A stretch of DNA of 63,622 nucleotides, filler included, from Chrysochromulina tobinii (taxonomy: Eukaryota), in NCBI GenBank assembly GCA_001275005.1. It is 7 parts of 7 records of this genome, joined end to end, with 100 filler letters (N's around TTAATTAATTAA, not from the genome) between each part and the next. Parts side by side here need not be neighbours in the genome. Positions count along the whole stretch, not along the records: positions 40,095 to 47,313 come from JWZX01000861.1; positions 47,414 to 59,150 come from JWZX01000862.1; 5 more parts are not named here. One strand, written 5' to 3'. Both the position numbers and the translations under genes were made by a program. Position 1 is the stretch's first letter; every line of letters begins with the position of its first letter. The notes below the pieces were generated by a model. That model was not told where the DNA came from and did not search any database. It was given only the letters and a program-made list of their open reading frames with translations. This document shows, in pieces, positions 44,285 to 54,934 of the stretch.

Positions 44285-46040
44285 ATGGACTCTGGCTCAG
44301 AGATGGAGTACGAAGAGGAGGACTATGGCGAATCGGACGGCTACAACTCCGAGGGCGGCGCTTCGGACGCCTTCGAGGCACCGCCCGTGGTGGCGGTCGA
44401 GGCGACCTTTCGCGTGCTCACGCCGGAGCAGTGCCTGGAGCGCGCCAACGCCAAAGTGGCAGAGGTCGTGGAGCTGCTCTGCTGCGACACGCAGGTCGCG
44501 GCGCTGCTGCTGCGTCGCTACCGCTGGGACATGGATAAGCTGACAGATGGTGCGCGCCGCCACCGCCGCCGCTTCCGCGCGCGCGCTCCTCGACCACCAC
44601 CTGCTCCTGCGCGCGCGTCCCTGAGCTGTATCCCCGAGCTGCGTCCATCAGCTTGCGTCTTCCGCCCTCGCTCTCGTCGCAGCCTACATGGCCGACCCCG
44701 ACGCGGTCGCCGTCAAGGCAGGCGCGCGCACGGCCGACGGTTCCGATCGCTCCATCCTTTGGACGGGTGGCCCGTCGGCGTCGGCGCCGCCGCAGGCGCT
44801 CGTGGTCGGCGTGCCGACGCCGTCCCTCCGTGCGCAAACATGCGCCATCTGTTACGAGAGCAAAACCTCGTACTCGGCGCTCGCGTGCGGCCACCCCTTT
44901 TGCAACGATTGCTACGCCGACTTTCTGGGGCACAAGATCGCAGACGAGGGCCACGAGTGTTTTTTTGCGCGCTGCCCGGAGCCCAAGTGTTCGATGGTCG
45001 TGACGCCTGCGCTCGTGCGCTCGCTGGTGACCGACGCGGACAAGCTGCGCCGGTACGAGAACGCGGCCAACCTGGCGCGCTCCTTCGTTGACGACCAGCC
45101 CTCGCTCAAGTGGTGCCCGGCGCCCGACTGCGCCAAGGCGGTGCAGAGCCGCGCCGCGTCCGCCGCAGTGGCTGCCGGCTCGAAGCGAGGCTTCTCGGTC
45201 AAGTGCTCATGCTCGCACCGCTTCTGCTTCAGCTGCTTGCATGAGGACCACGCGCCCGCCTCGTGCACCGACCTCTCCGCGTGGACGGTCAAGTGCCGCG
45301 ACGACTCCGAAACGTACAATTGGCTCGTCGCCAACACGAAGGCGTGCCCAAAGTGCCAGACGTCGATCGAGAAGAATGGCGGGTGCAACCACATGACGTG
45401 CAAGAATACGAGCTGCAAGTACGAGTTCTGCTGGGTGTGCTGCGGCCCGTGGAAGGACCATTCGGGCTCGTACTACAACTGCAACAAGTACGACCCCGAC
45501 AAGGACAAGCAGTCGCCAGATGGTAAGAAGAAGGACTCGTCACGCCAGGCGCTCGAGAGGTACCTGCACTACTACACGCGGTACACCAACCATGACAAAT
45601 CGCTCAAGCTGGAGACCGATAATAGGAAGAAGATGGAGCAGAAGATCCGCGACATGGAGCAGCTCGGCGACAATACGTGGATGGACTGCCAGTACCTCTC
45701 AGAGGCCAACGAGGCGCTGCACAACTGCCGGTACACGCTCAAGTTCACGTACGTGTACGCCTTCTACTTGCCGCGTGAGGAGACGCACCGGCAGAATTTT
45801 GAGATGCAGCAGGCCGAGCTCGAGAACCAGACGGAGAAGCTCTCGGAGATGCTCGAGCGTAAAGTGGAGGACATTGATCGAATGGAAGTCGTTCACTGCT
45901 ACAAGATGGCCGAGAAACGCCAAGTCAACCTGATGGAGCTCGTCGCGGCGCACTATGGCGAGATAGAGACGCCGGCCGCCTCACGCGAGGTGAGTCGCGA
46001 CGCCGGCGGCAGCTCGAGCGATCCGATCGTGGTTGCCTAA
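44285..46040 (+). CDS. ARI: Ariadne-family RBR E3 ubiquitin ligase; exons 44285-44549 and 44683-46040
   Basis: Acidic N-terminus, UBA-like LL..YRW, RING1 CAIC..CGH.FC..C, IBR KWCPAPDC, RING2 CPKC..IEKNGGCNHMTC, Ariadne LERYLHYY; phase-1 GT-AG intron 44550-44682. Confidence 0.95.
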
Positions 46041-46068
46041 TCGAGCGATCCGCGATCGTGTCGACGAT

Positions 46069-46272
46069 GAGATTTGGCGAGATTTGGCGAGATTTGGCGA
46101 GTCGACGGACTGCACACGTCCCCTTGATGGGATCACGAGGAGATTTGGCGAGATTTGGCGAGTCGACGGACTGCACACGTCCCCTTGATGGGATCGGATC
46201 GTCAATAATCTGGGATCCGTCAATAATCGTCAATATTAGTGACGGACTGCACACGTCCCCTTGATGGGATCG
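46069..46272. repeat. compound repeat downstream of ARI
   Basis: GAGATTTGGC decamers plus three copies of GACGGACTGCACACGTCCCCTTGATGGGATC. Confidence 0.8.
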
Positions 46273-47066
46273 GCACCCGGAGCAAAGGGCTGTGCGCGTG
46301 CAGAAGAATAAGAGATGGTGAACATGACGAGAAGCCCTTGTACAAAGCCGTGGGAGAGCCGCGAGCTTGTGGCTTACTACGTACTCCGGCCGCGGGCCCG
46401 AGAGGCGCGCGGCCGCCTCAACGCCAAAAGATGCGAGTTCTAGCGGCCGATGGCGCAGAATGCCACTCGTCTTGCGTCTCGCCCGCGTTACGCCCGCGGT
46501 GGTGTCGTGTGTAGTTGTTGTACATTTGTTCGAGCGTGAGGTCGATCACGATCACCTCGAAATACTCTCGAGTGTCTGTTGCGCCTCAGCGCTTAACAAA
46601 AGCGGTAATCGAGATACAGGATACACAAAACGACATATTTCATCGCCCAGGCCCCGCGAGGGCCGACACGGTCGGTAGCACGCGCGCGCCGCAATGGGGC
46701 ATGCACGCAGAGCCAGACGTCCCGAGGCAGCTCCCTGGCTTCGTCGTCTCCCGCGCTCGCTGTAGCACACCCCGGCGCACCCCGTGTGCGCGTTCCGCGC
46801 ACATGCTGCCGCCGCTGTCGCATCAGCAGCGTCTCCCTCATCGCTGCCCTCTCGCCTCCACCCTTCGTGCGCCCCTTGCCGATGCCCCCTCTCGCGGTCC
46901 CACCGTTGCAAGGCATGCTCTTCACAGTTGCAAGGCATGCTCTCTTCTTGTCTAGGCCATGCTGCCTCCCGCCGCCACGCGTCCAGCCGCGCCGCCACCC
47001 ATACACGACGGCGCCACGACCCATGACGCCTCCGCCGCCGAGGCAGGCGCGCTCACGACGGCGCGC

Positions 47067-47313
47067 TCACGCTTTGGACTTTTTGGCGCCAACGGCCGCC
47101 GTCACAGGCAGAGTGCGCTTGGGCCCCTTGGACGTTGCCTCCGCCGCCGCCTTGCTGGCCGCGTTGGCCTTGCCAAACGGGTTGAGCGGCACTCGGGGCG
47201 CGTCATGTGCGCCGTCGTCGTCCGCGTGCTCGTCGTCGGCGTCCTCCTCCTGCGCCGCCTTCTTCTGTTGCTCGCTGCGCATGGGAGCGGGCGCCGGCGC
47301 GGCGGCGGCGGGG
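47067..47313 (-). CDS. C-terminal fragment of an unknown gene
   Basis: Frame open to the contig end; acidic then Lys-rich tail. Confidence 0.4.
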
Positions 47314-47413
47314 NNNNNNNNNNNNNNNNNNNNNNNNNNNNNNNNNNNNNNNNNNNNTTAATTAATTAANNNNNNNNNNNNNNNNNNNNNNNNNNNNNNN
47401 NNNNNNNNNNNNN
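47314..47413. other. artificial contig spacer
   Basis: Same 100-nt linker. Confidence 0.99.
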
Positions 47414-49097
47414 CCCCCCCCTTGGAATCGCCCGCGAGAGTGCCGGTGACCGCGAGCTGGAGCAACCGGAAGCAGATGAGCTCCGCGGGAGACTCGAGCT
47501 TATCATCGAGCTCTAAATCTCCGCCCGGGTAACCACACTCCTGCAGCAGCTTGGCGACGTTGGATGCTGGGTTCGACTTGGCGGCCGCGCGGTACAACTC
47601 GGCGTAGTACTGCGGGTTGCGACTCACCTTGTCGAGCGTCGTGGCGATCGCGCGCAGCTCGGGCGCGTCGCCGTCCATCGTCCCGTCCTCACCATCCAGG
47701 AACTCGAGGTGCTGCAGCACCATGCGGAAGGGCACTTGCGCGCGGTCGACCGACCCCTTGACAGAGCCACAGCACGGGCAGCGGAAGTAGTCCCGTGGCA
47801 GCGAGCCCGAATACGCGAGCACGGGCTTCGTCACGCGCGGTGAGAGTGGCACCTGGGAGGCGTTGGCCACCTCCGTCGGCGCCTCCTCGTTTCCTTCCTT
47901 CTCCTTGTGCATCAGGACGACTGACGGGCAGTAGAGAAAGTAGAGCTTAGAGTCGGCATGCACGCGGAAGTACGCGGTCGCCTCTGCGATCGCGTACGTG
48001 TCGGGGATGTGCTCCTGCACGTGCGTGATGACCTCCCTCATCAGCCGGGTGAGATGCTGAGAGAGCGCTGCGTTCGAGGGTACGGAGTTGGTGCGGGAGA
48101 GGTGCTCCTCGCCGTCAAACGTGGCCGCGCGCTCGATGAGAGTCCGATCGCCACCGGTGATGTAGTGCACGTTCGTGCAAGTCTCGACCGTCGCCAGCCG
48201 CGAGCCCACAAACCGAGCGCGCACCATATTCGACTTGCTCCCGGTCGGCACGACGAAGACCTGAACGATGCCATCCCGTTTCGTCGCGCGGTGCGCCAAA
48301 AAGTCGCGCAGCAGGTCCTCGTCGAAGTATTCGGTGCGCGTGCGAATGCGCACCTTGCCCTTCGCGTCGACGACGCGCACCGAGCAGATGTAGATCGCGA
48401 CCACGTCGACTTGGCCGTCGAGGTCCAGCTTGGCCGCCTCGGCGTCGGCCTCGTTGAGGAATCTCGCGATGATCTCCTCCGAGTCGGTGGACGCGGGCTG
48501 CTCGATGACACCGCCGCGCCTGGGTGAGAAGTACCACGTGTGCGGGCGCGAATGGCGCAGCGAGAGCGTCAGCGGCATGCGCACGGACGGCACGCCACAG
48601 CTGCCTGTCGTGGGCGGCAAAAACTTCAAAAAGTCGACGAGCCAGTCAGTGGTCTCGAGGCCACGGCCGCGCGGCAGCGGGTTGCGATTCATAGCGTTAC
48701 CCCCGCGGGCACCAACTGAGCCCAGCGCAGCGAACAGGCCGAAGACTGCGCAAGCGAGTCACACACGAGCGCGAGGTGAGGCGAGTGGCCTGGCAGGGCA
48801 AGAGACGCGGCGGCGGGCGCTCGCGGGCTGCGAGCCGCGTGGGCTGCACGCACGTGCGTTGGCCTGCTCGGTGGTTTGTTGCACCGCGTCGATCCATCCG
48901 TCATCTTCGCCATCGTCTTCAAAGCCCTCGAGATCTTTCTCACTATGGGCAACTTTCATGCCATTCACCCGGTTCTCAAGCGACTCCTGCGTGGGGTCTT
49001 CCTGCTTAAGCTCGGCCGCCATGATCTTCTTCATCTCAGATTGCTCAGCCTGGTCGACGTAAGAATTGCCCCTTAGGAGCAAGCCCGGCTCCGCCAT
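47414..49097 (-). CDS. hypothetical protein; intron 48746-48853; 3'-truncated
   Basis: GTGCGT...GCGCAG intron joins ORFs 48759-49097 and 47358-48692 in frame (NA-LFGLF...AMNR); globular composition. Confidence 0.7.
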
Positions 49098-49294
49098 TGC
49101 GGCGCCGGCGAGCGAGGCAGGCGCTCGGGCTGCGCCGGGCTATGTAAGAGGAATGAAACGGTGTGGAGCCGCGACAGCGCCGGACGCATGAGAAGGCGTC
49201 CCGCGACTGGGAGGCGCTCAACTCGTTTCGTGTTCCGCGTTTCGCGCCGAAGCGAAACTCTAAGACCCTCCGCACGTTCAAATTAGGATCGGCC

Positions 49295-50032
49295 ATGCTC
49301 GAGCACGAGAACGCGCCGTATCTCGCAACACCGGGCGCGCCGTCGGCGAGCAAGGCCACCGCCAAGACGCCCGGGCGCACATTTGCACCTCTGGGCGGGC
49401 TTGAGACGCCAGTCGCCCCGCAGTCCAAGGCGAGCGCCACACGCCGGCCGCTGGGAGAGATCAGCAACCGCACACAGCGCCCGGGCCAGGCGCCCGCGAC
49501 GATGCTCAAGTCGATCATGGTTGCTGACGCCTCTGCCGCTATCGATCTTCCGCCCATTGAGCGGATGCACCTGGTAAGCCCGAGCCCGGCCATGTGCCTC
49601 GACTGCGCCGGTGCTGAGCTCGAGGCGCAAGTGGACGCGCTCGCATCCTTCAGCAGTGTGCTCAGCGCGTCGTACGCGACGATCGCGCCGGATCCGCTGC
49701 TGCGATCACCCATCGTGCCCGATGCCCCGCCAACACCTCGGCATCTCCTGGCCGAGCTCCCATCGTTCAGCGCCCCAGCGCCCACGCACGCGAATGCAGC
49801 CCGTCTGTGCGCGGTAGTCGAGGGCATCGCCGAGGAGGAGGAGAGGCTACCCACGTCGCAGGCGCACACCCCAGCAGCGCATCGTGGGCCAGTAGCGTCC
49901 GTTTTCACACCATATGCCACGGCCTCGGACGCGAGCCTCGAGGCCGAGCTTGACTTCGACGCACTCGAGCTGGTACCGCTTACTCCATGGACCGCTGAGC
50001 AGGAGAGGGAGAGCAGGCGATGGAGCCAGTAG
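49295..50032 (+). CDS. small disordered D-box protein, candidate securin
   Basis: HEN near the N-terminus, RRPLGEISN, PPIERM, acidic C-terminus. Confidence 0.5.
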   Translation: MLEHENAPYLATPGAPSASKATAKTPGRTFAPLGGLETPVAPQSKASATRRPLGEISNRTQRPGQAPATMLKSIMVADASAAIDLPPIERMHLVSPSPAMCLDCAGAELEAQVDALASFSSVLSASYATIAPDPLLRSPIVPDAPPTPRHLLAELPSFSAPAPTHANAARLCAVVEGIAEEEERLPTSQAHTPAAHRGPVASVFTPYATASDASLEAELDFDALELVPLTPWTAEQERESRRWSQ

Positions 50033-50554
50033 TCTGTGGCTAGTGCGCGCCTGAGCAAAAAAATTCGCGACTTTCTACAAACACGACGACACTGATCGGT
50101 GATGGTGCCGATGTTCTTTGGGCCAAAGAACCGCAACCTCAACCGCGTACCGCGCTCGTCCGCGGCACGGCATCCGCCACCGATCCGGCGAACCAACTCG
50201 GTACTCGCGCGCGGCGGCGCCGGCGGTGGGCCGCGGCAGTGGGCGGAGTTCCTATTCCACCTCGATCCCCATCCTTGACCTTCCACTCGTCGTCGTCGTC
50301 GAGGCAGCCCTGCGTGTCGACATGCGACGACCCCCTCCCGACCGCCGACCGCCCGAGCCCGGCCTCGCGGCGGGCGGCGGCGGCCGTTTGCGCATCTCGC
50401 TAGCATCTCGCTAGGCGAGGGCGTTGCCCGACCAGCAAAACCCTAAAACAGCCGTCAGCTCGAGGTCCTCAGTCATCCACATTTGCAAGACGAAGACCCG
50501 ACCAGCGTCGAAGGCGACGCTCTCTCAGGCGCGGTCCTGACCGTCTCACGAGCC

Positions 50555-53500
50555 TTACATGGGGTCGTCGGCGGACGGGAGCGCTGTCGTGAGCGCCTGC
50601 GCGGCGTGGGCGAAGGCTGAGCGCAACGGGCCGGCAGTTGCTGCAAATGGCGCGAGTCCCAGCCGGTGCACGTCCGCGAGGAGCTGCGGAGTGTCAATGT
50701 AGAAGCGGCACATGCGCCGCTCGTCCGCCGAGCAGAGAGCCCGCAGTTCCATCGATGCGAGATTGGGCTGGGCGAGCGTCTGCTGCAGCGCACCGTCCAG
50801 CGCAGCTGCCACTGCGCTGCTGCCGCCACCGCCGCCGACGGCACTACCGTAACCACTTTCAAGTAGGGCGGAGTGGCCGTACTCAACGGGCACAAGGCGC
50901 GTTCCCACGCCGCACCCAAAATCGGTCGAGAGCCAATCTGGGTGGGCGAGCTGACGGCCGCTGCGCTCGAGGGCCGCCTCCAAATGACGGCCGAGGGTGC
51001 TGCTGAGCACATGGCTGCCGCCCCCATGCTTGATGATGCTCGCGGAGACGCCGCTGCGCCGACCGCTGCGCTCGCCTCGTCCGCCTTTGCCGCCGCCGTT
51101 CTCTTTGCCCTCGCGTGTCGGGCGCGCGTTTAGGCGCGCGTCAGGGCGCTCGCGCAGCACCGCGTGGCGTGCGAGCCGAATCAGACGCGGCAGACGCGTG
51201 TACGGCAGCTCGGGATACAGCACGCACTCCATGAGTACTGCCCCTTCGAACTCGCCGATGACCCCCTTGTAGGCATCGGGCGAGAGCGACACGCGGTGCG
51301 TGAAGCCCTGGCAGTGGAAGAAGGAGAGGGCAAATTGGTCTGCGTATGCGAGGATACGTCCAATGCGCTGCTGGAGCAGCTGAGCCTTGAGCCGGTTCAT
51401 CAGGCGCGTGCCCAGCCCCTGCACCTGGCGCGAGCTCTCCACAGAGAAGAGGAGTAATTCCGCAAAGGCCGTCGACGACTCCGTTTGAGCGAGCTCGAGC
51501 GGCGCAGTCAGCGCAAGCAGCGCCGCCGCGCCATTGGCGTCGGCGGCAGCGGCAGCACTGCTCTTGTCGAGCGCGGCAGAAGCGTGGCGTGCGACGGCGG
51601 CGGCATCCCCAACGTGCTGGCACTCGGCGGCCATGCCAAGCGGGCCGACTGAGGCGGCGGCGGCCGGGTGCGGACGATAGAGCAGGCCGCCGCTCAGCAC
51701 GCCGCGGCTGATGCATGCCATCGCCACATTCTTCGGGTCCAGCAGGCACTTAGTGAAGTACTTGTCGTCCATCTCCGGCAATTGAGCGCGGAAGAGCTCT
51801 TTGAGCAGAACAGCCGTTGAGAAGGAGGGCCCATGCTGCTCCAGCCCATCGAAGCGCACGAGCTCAAATCGCAGCTCACCTGCCGCCTCGGCGTCGCAGT
51901 GGCGCTCTTCGAGCTCCATGGCCGCCACCGCTCCGCGTCCGCCCGCGGCCATCAGACGGTCCTCGTCGTCGTCGCCCTCGGCGCACGGGTCGATGGGCGA
52001 GGCGGGGCACATTTGCAGCGCAGCTTCTGTCTCGGCAAGCTGGGCCGCCGTTGCCGCCTCCGCCGCCTCCGCCGCCGCCGCGGCCTCGTCCGCCGCAACT
52101 GCCTCGCACTCGACGTCGATCGCGTCGATGCCCAACTCGTCGACGAGTGCCATCGGCGGTGCAAGCGGCGGCAGTGCGTGCGGCCCGTCGTACTCTGTCG
52201 CCTCGAGGCTCACGTACGATGGGCTCAGCGGTTCCACTGGCTGTGATGATAGCAGCAGCACGAGCGCTGTCGCCGGTGCCGAAGGCGGCTCCATCACCGG
52301 AGCCGCTGACGGCATCGGCTCGTCGCCGAGGGAGGCTGCGAGCGGGCGCGGCAGCTCGAACGGGTCCTTTCCAAGCGCGAGTGCCGCCATCGTCTGCTCG
52401 TCACGCGACGATTGTGCCTCGGTCTTCATGCGCTCGCCCCGCGCCGCAGCTTCACCGGGCATCATCTCGAGCCCCGCGGGCGCTGCGCGTATGGCCGCGA
52501 GCTCGTTGCTGACCAAAGTCCGCTTCTTCTTATTCTGCTGGCCGGCGTCCTCGGCCACCACGGCCGCATTGCGTGACGCTCGCGCCTCCTCCTCGTCGTC
52601 GTTGCTCTCCATGCACATGCTGCCGTTGGAAAAGGCCTCATCAGCTTCAGCCATCTCGGCTTCCATCTCGAGCGTTGTCGTGGGCTCCACCTCTTCCTTC
52701 GGCGCCTCCGCCGCTGCGACTTTCTCCTCCTCTAGCTCCACCACTGCCTCCTCTTCCTCCTTCTCCGCCGCCTCCTCCTCATCCTCTTCTACCACCGCGA
52801 GCGTCTCTACCTCCTCCGCTACCACGGGCCGTGGAAGCTCAGCGCGCTCGCTCTCGGCCTCGGCGACGCCCCGTCGGAACTGGACGAGGCGCTTCGAGCC
52901 CTTGAGCTTGCTCTTGGCCTCACGCTCGCACTGCTCCCGGTGAGCTTCCCATGGCAGCTGGTGACGCGCCCACCCAAAGTCGGCGGTGCCAAAGAAGCGG
53001 ACCCACGTGCAGCCGTCGCGCGCGCCGACAGTCGATGTGGGCGCCACGAGCGCCGCCGGCCAGTAAGGGAACCCGTCCATCTTGGCCCACACGATCGTCC
53101 CCACATGCCCCGCGCGCGGCGCCGACACGGCGGGGTACATGGGCATGGGCTCGGGCTTGGGCTCGGGTTTGGGCTTGGGCTTGGGCTTGGGCTTGGGTGC
53201 GGGATCCTTCTCGGGCGCTGCGGCAGCACCGGTACTGGAGCTGTTGGGGAACATGCTGGCGGCCGCCTCTGCCGCCTGCTCCGCCGCCGCCGCAGCCGAA
53301 GCTGTTGCTGCCGCCGTTGCTGCCGCGGCGGTCTTGGCGTCGAGAGTCATGCGGCCAGCCGCTGAGGCGGCCGCCCTCTCCCTCGCAGCCGCCCGCTCCT
53401 CCGCCACTTTGAGTGCCGCTGCCGCTGCCGTGGCTGCTGTGGCGGCGAGGACGTTAGCTATGGCCTCATTCGCTCCGGCGGCCTTGATGGCTGCCACTGC

Positions 53501-54667
53501 GGCAGCAAACTTTGAGTCTCCTGCTGGGATCAGGCCCGGCGCCCAAGGCGCCAACCCGATTGTGGGAGTGGGTAGAGGCTCGGGCTCCTTGTCGGGCGCT
53601 GCGGCTTTGGGTAGAGGCTTGGATGCGGGCTTGGGCGCAGTCGCGGCACCATTCGTGCGCGCGCTCTTGCGCGTAGCCGCTGGGTCGGCTGTCGGCCGAA
53701 GACGCTTTGGCGGCGCGATCTTGAGCACTGCCGAGATGGCATCCGTCGGCTCGGCCGCGGCCTCGTGCGATGGTTCTGGCGTCGACCGTTGGCAGCGAAG
53801 GCTTGGGCGGCGACCCGTCGGCTCGGCAGCGGCCTCGTGCGATTCTTCGGTCGACTGTTCGAGCGTCGGTGCCTGCGCGAGCGTGCGCGTCGCAGCCGCG
53901 GGCGTCGCAGCCGTGGGCGTCCGGACACCGTGATCAGCCGCCTCCGCCGTTTCTCCCGTCTTCTTGTCCGGCTCGTGCGTGATTTTTGTGTGCTTCAAAC
54001 GCGCCCGTCGGTTCTGGAACCACACCTGGACCTGACGCGTGGTCATGTCGAGTTGCTCGCTCAGTTCGCGCGTCTGCTGGTCGGACGGATACGCCTCCTG
54101 GTCAAAGGCCTTGAGGAGGATCTCCTTTTGTTGGTCATCTGTGAAAGCGTCGCGCGGGTGGAGGGAGCGATTGGCTGCCGCATCCATGGGCGCGGCGGCC
54201 TCCTTGCCCTGAGCGGCGGCACACGCAGGATCGACGCCTGCCGCTACCGCATCCGCTCCATCGTCCGCCTTGTGTCTCCGCAAACGTGGCCCCGCACGCG
54301 TAAGGGGGCGCTCGGCGAGTTGCTCGGACGTGGTCGACAACTTGCACTCGGACAAGTCGTGGAGGAGCTGCGTCTCGCAAGGAAGCATCATCTCCTCCTG
54401 GGTGCACTTCGACGCTGCCTTCGTGGATGACGCTGCCGATTCTGGGTCCGCGGTCGCAGTGGGCTCGGCATTTCGTGTAGCGGCCGTGGTGAGTGCGTCG
54501 GGCCTGGCGGGCACGGCGTCTGGTGAGGCCACCATGGCCACGTGGGCGGCATCGTTGGAACACGGCGAGACGAGGGCCAGCTGGTTCAGGTCATCCGCGA
54601 GGGCCTCAAGGGGACCGTGCACGTCGGGAGACGCGCTGTAAAAGAGGTCGAAGTTGCTGCCGCTCAT
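50555..54667 (-). CDS. homeodomain + PWWP + GCN5-type acetyltransferase protein
   Basis: QVQVWFQNRRARLK; IVWAKMDGFPYWPA; FRAQLPEM..KY, QVQGLGTRLMNRLK, YAD..A..FF..QGF, EGAVLMEC. Confidence 0.88.
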   Translation of the reverse strand: MSGSNFDLFYSASPDVHGPLEALADDLNQLALVSPCSNDAAHVAMVASPDAVPARPDALTTAATRNAEPTATADPESAASSTKAASKCTQEEMMLPCETQLLHDLSECKLSTTSEQLAERPLTRAGPRLRRHKADDGADAVAAGVDPACAAAQGKEAAAPMDAAANRSLHPRDAFTDDQQKEILLKAFDQEAYPSDQQTRELSEQLDMTTRQVQVWFQNRRARLKHTKITHEPDKKTGETAEAADHGVRTPTAATPAAATRTLAQAPTLEQSTEESHEAAAEPTGRRPSLRCQRSTPEPSHEAAAEPTDAISAVLKIAPPKRLRPTADPAATRKSARTNGAATAPKPASKPLPKAAAPDKEPEPLPTPTIGLAPWAPGLIPAGDSKFAAAVAAIKAAGANEAIANVLAATAATAAAAALKVAEERAAARERAAASAAGRMTLDAKTAAAATAAATASAAAAAEQAAEAAASMFPNSSSTGAAAAPEKDPAPKPKPKPKPKPEPKPEPMPMYPAVSAPRAGHVGTIVWAKMDGFPYWPAALVAPTSTVGARDGCTWVRFFGTADFGWARHQLPWEAHREQCEREAKSKLKGSKRLVQFRRGVAEAESERAELPRPVVAEEVETLAVVEEDEEEAAEKEEEEAVVELEEEKVAAAEAPKEEVEPTTTLEMEAEMAEADEAFSNGSMCMESNDDEEEARASRNAAVVAEDAGQQNKKKRTLVSNELAAIRAAPAGLEMMPGEAAARGERMKTEAQSSRDEQTMAALALGKDPFELPRPLAASLGDEPMPSAAPVMEPPSAPATALVLLLSSQPVEPLSPSYVSLEATEYDGPHALPPLAPPMALVDELGIDAIDVECEAVAADEAAAAAEAAEAATAAQLAETEAALQMCPASPIDPCAEGDDDEDRLMAAGGRGAVAAMELEERHCDAEAAGELRFELVRFDGLEQHGPSFSTAVLLKELFRAQLPEMDDKYFTKCLLDPKNVAMACISRGVLSGGLLYRPHPAAAASVGPLGMAAECQHVGDAAAVARHASAALDKSSAAAAADANGAAALLALTAPLELAQTESSTAFAELLLFSVESSRQVQGLGTRLMNRLKAQLLQQRIGRILAYADQFALSFFHCQGFTHRVSLSPDAYKGVIGEFEGAVLMECVLYPELPYTRLPRLIRLARHAVLRERPDARLNARPTREGKENGGGKGGRGERSGRRSGVSASIIKHGGGSHVLSSTLGRHLEAALERSGRQLAHPDWLSTDFGCGVGTRLVPVEYGHSALLESGYGSAVGGGGGSSAVAAALDGALQQTLAQPNLASMELRALCSADERRMCRFYIDTPQLLADVHRLGLAPFAATAGPLRSAFAHAAQALTTALPSADDPM

Positions 54668-54934
54668 GATGAAGTCAGGATCCGAAGTGGCGCGCGCGCC
54701 TTGGGAAAGGAGAGCACCGTTGATGATTTGCCGCGAAGCATGCAAATGTAAAACGTGGATGGAAAAGATAAAGCCAAATGAACGGGGATTGAAATCTCGC
54801 GTCTACAGAGAGCCGCAAGGGTTTTTTTCGCAGCGTGAAACGACATGGGGTGACATTTGCATGCTTCGATCTGAATCACATTTGGAAAACTACTGGCGAC
54901 ATTCGCTATCTGCTTTTGCAGCAAAACTTGTGCG

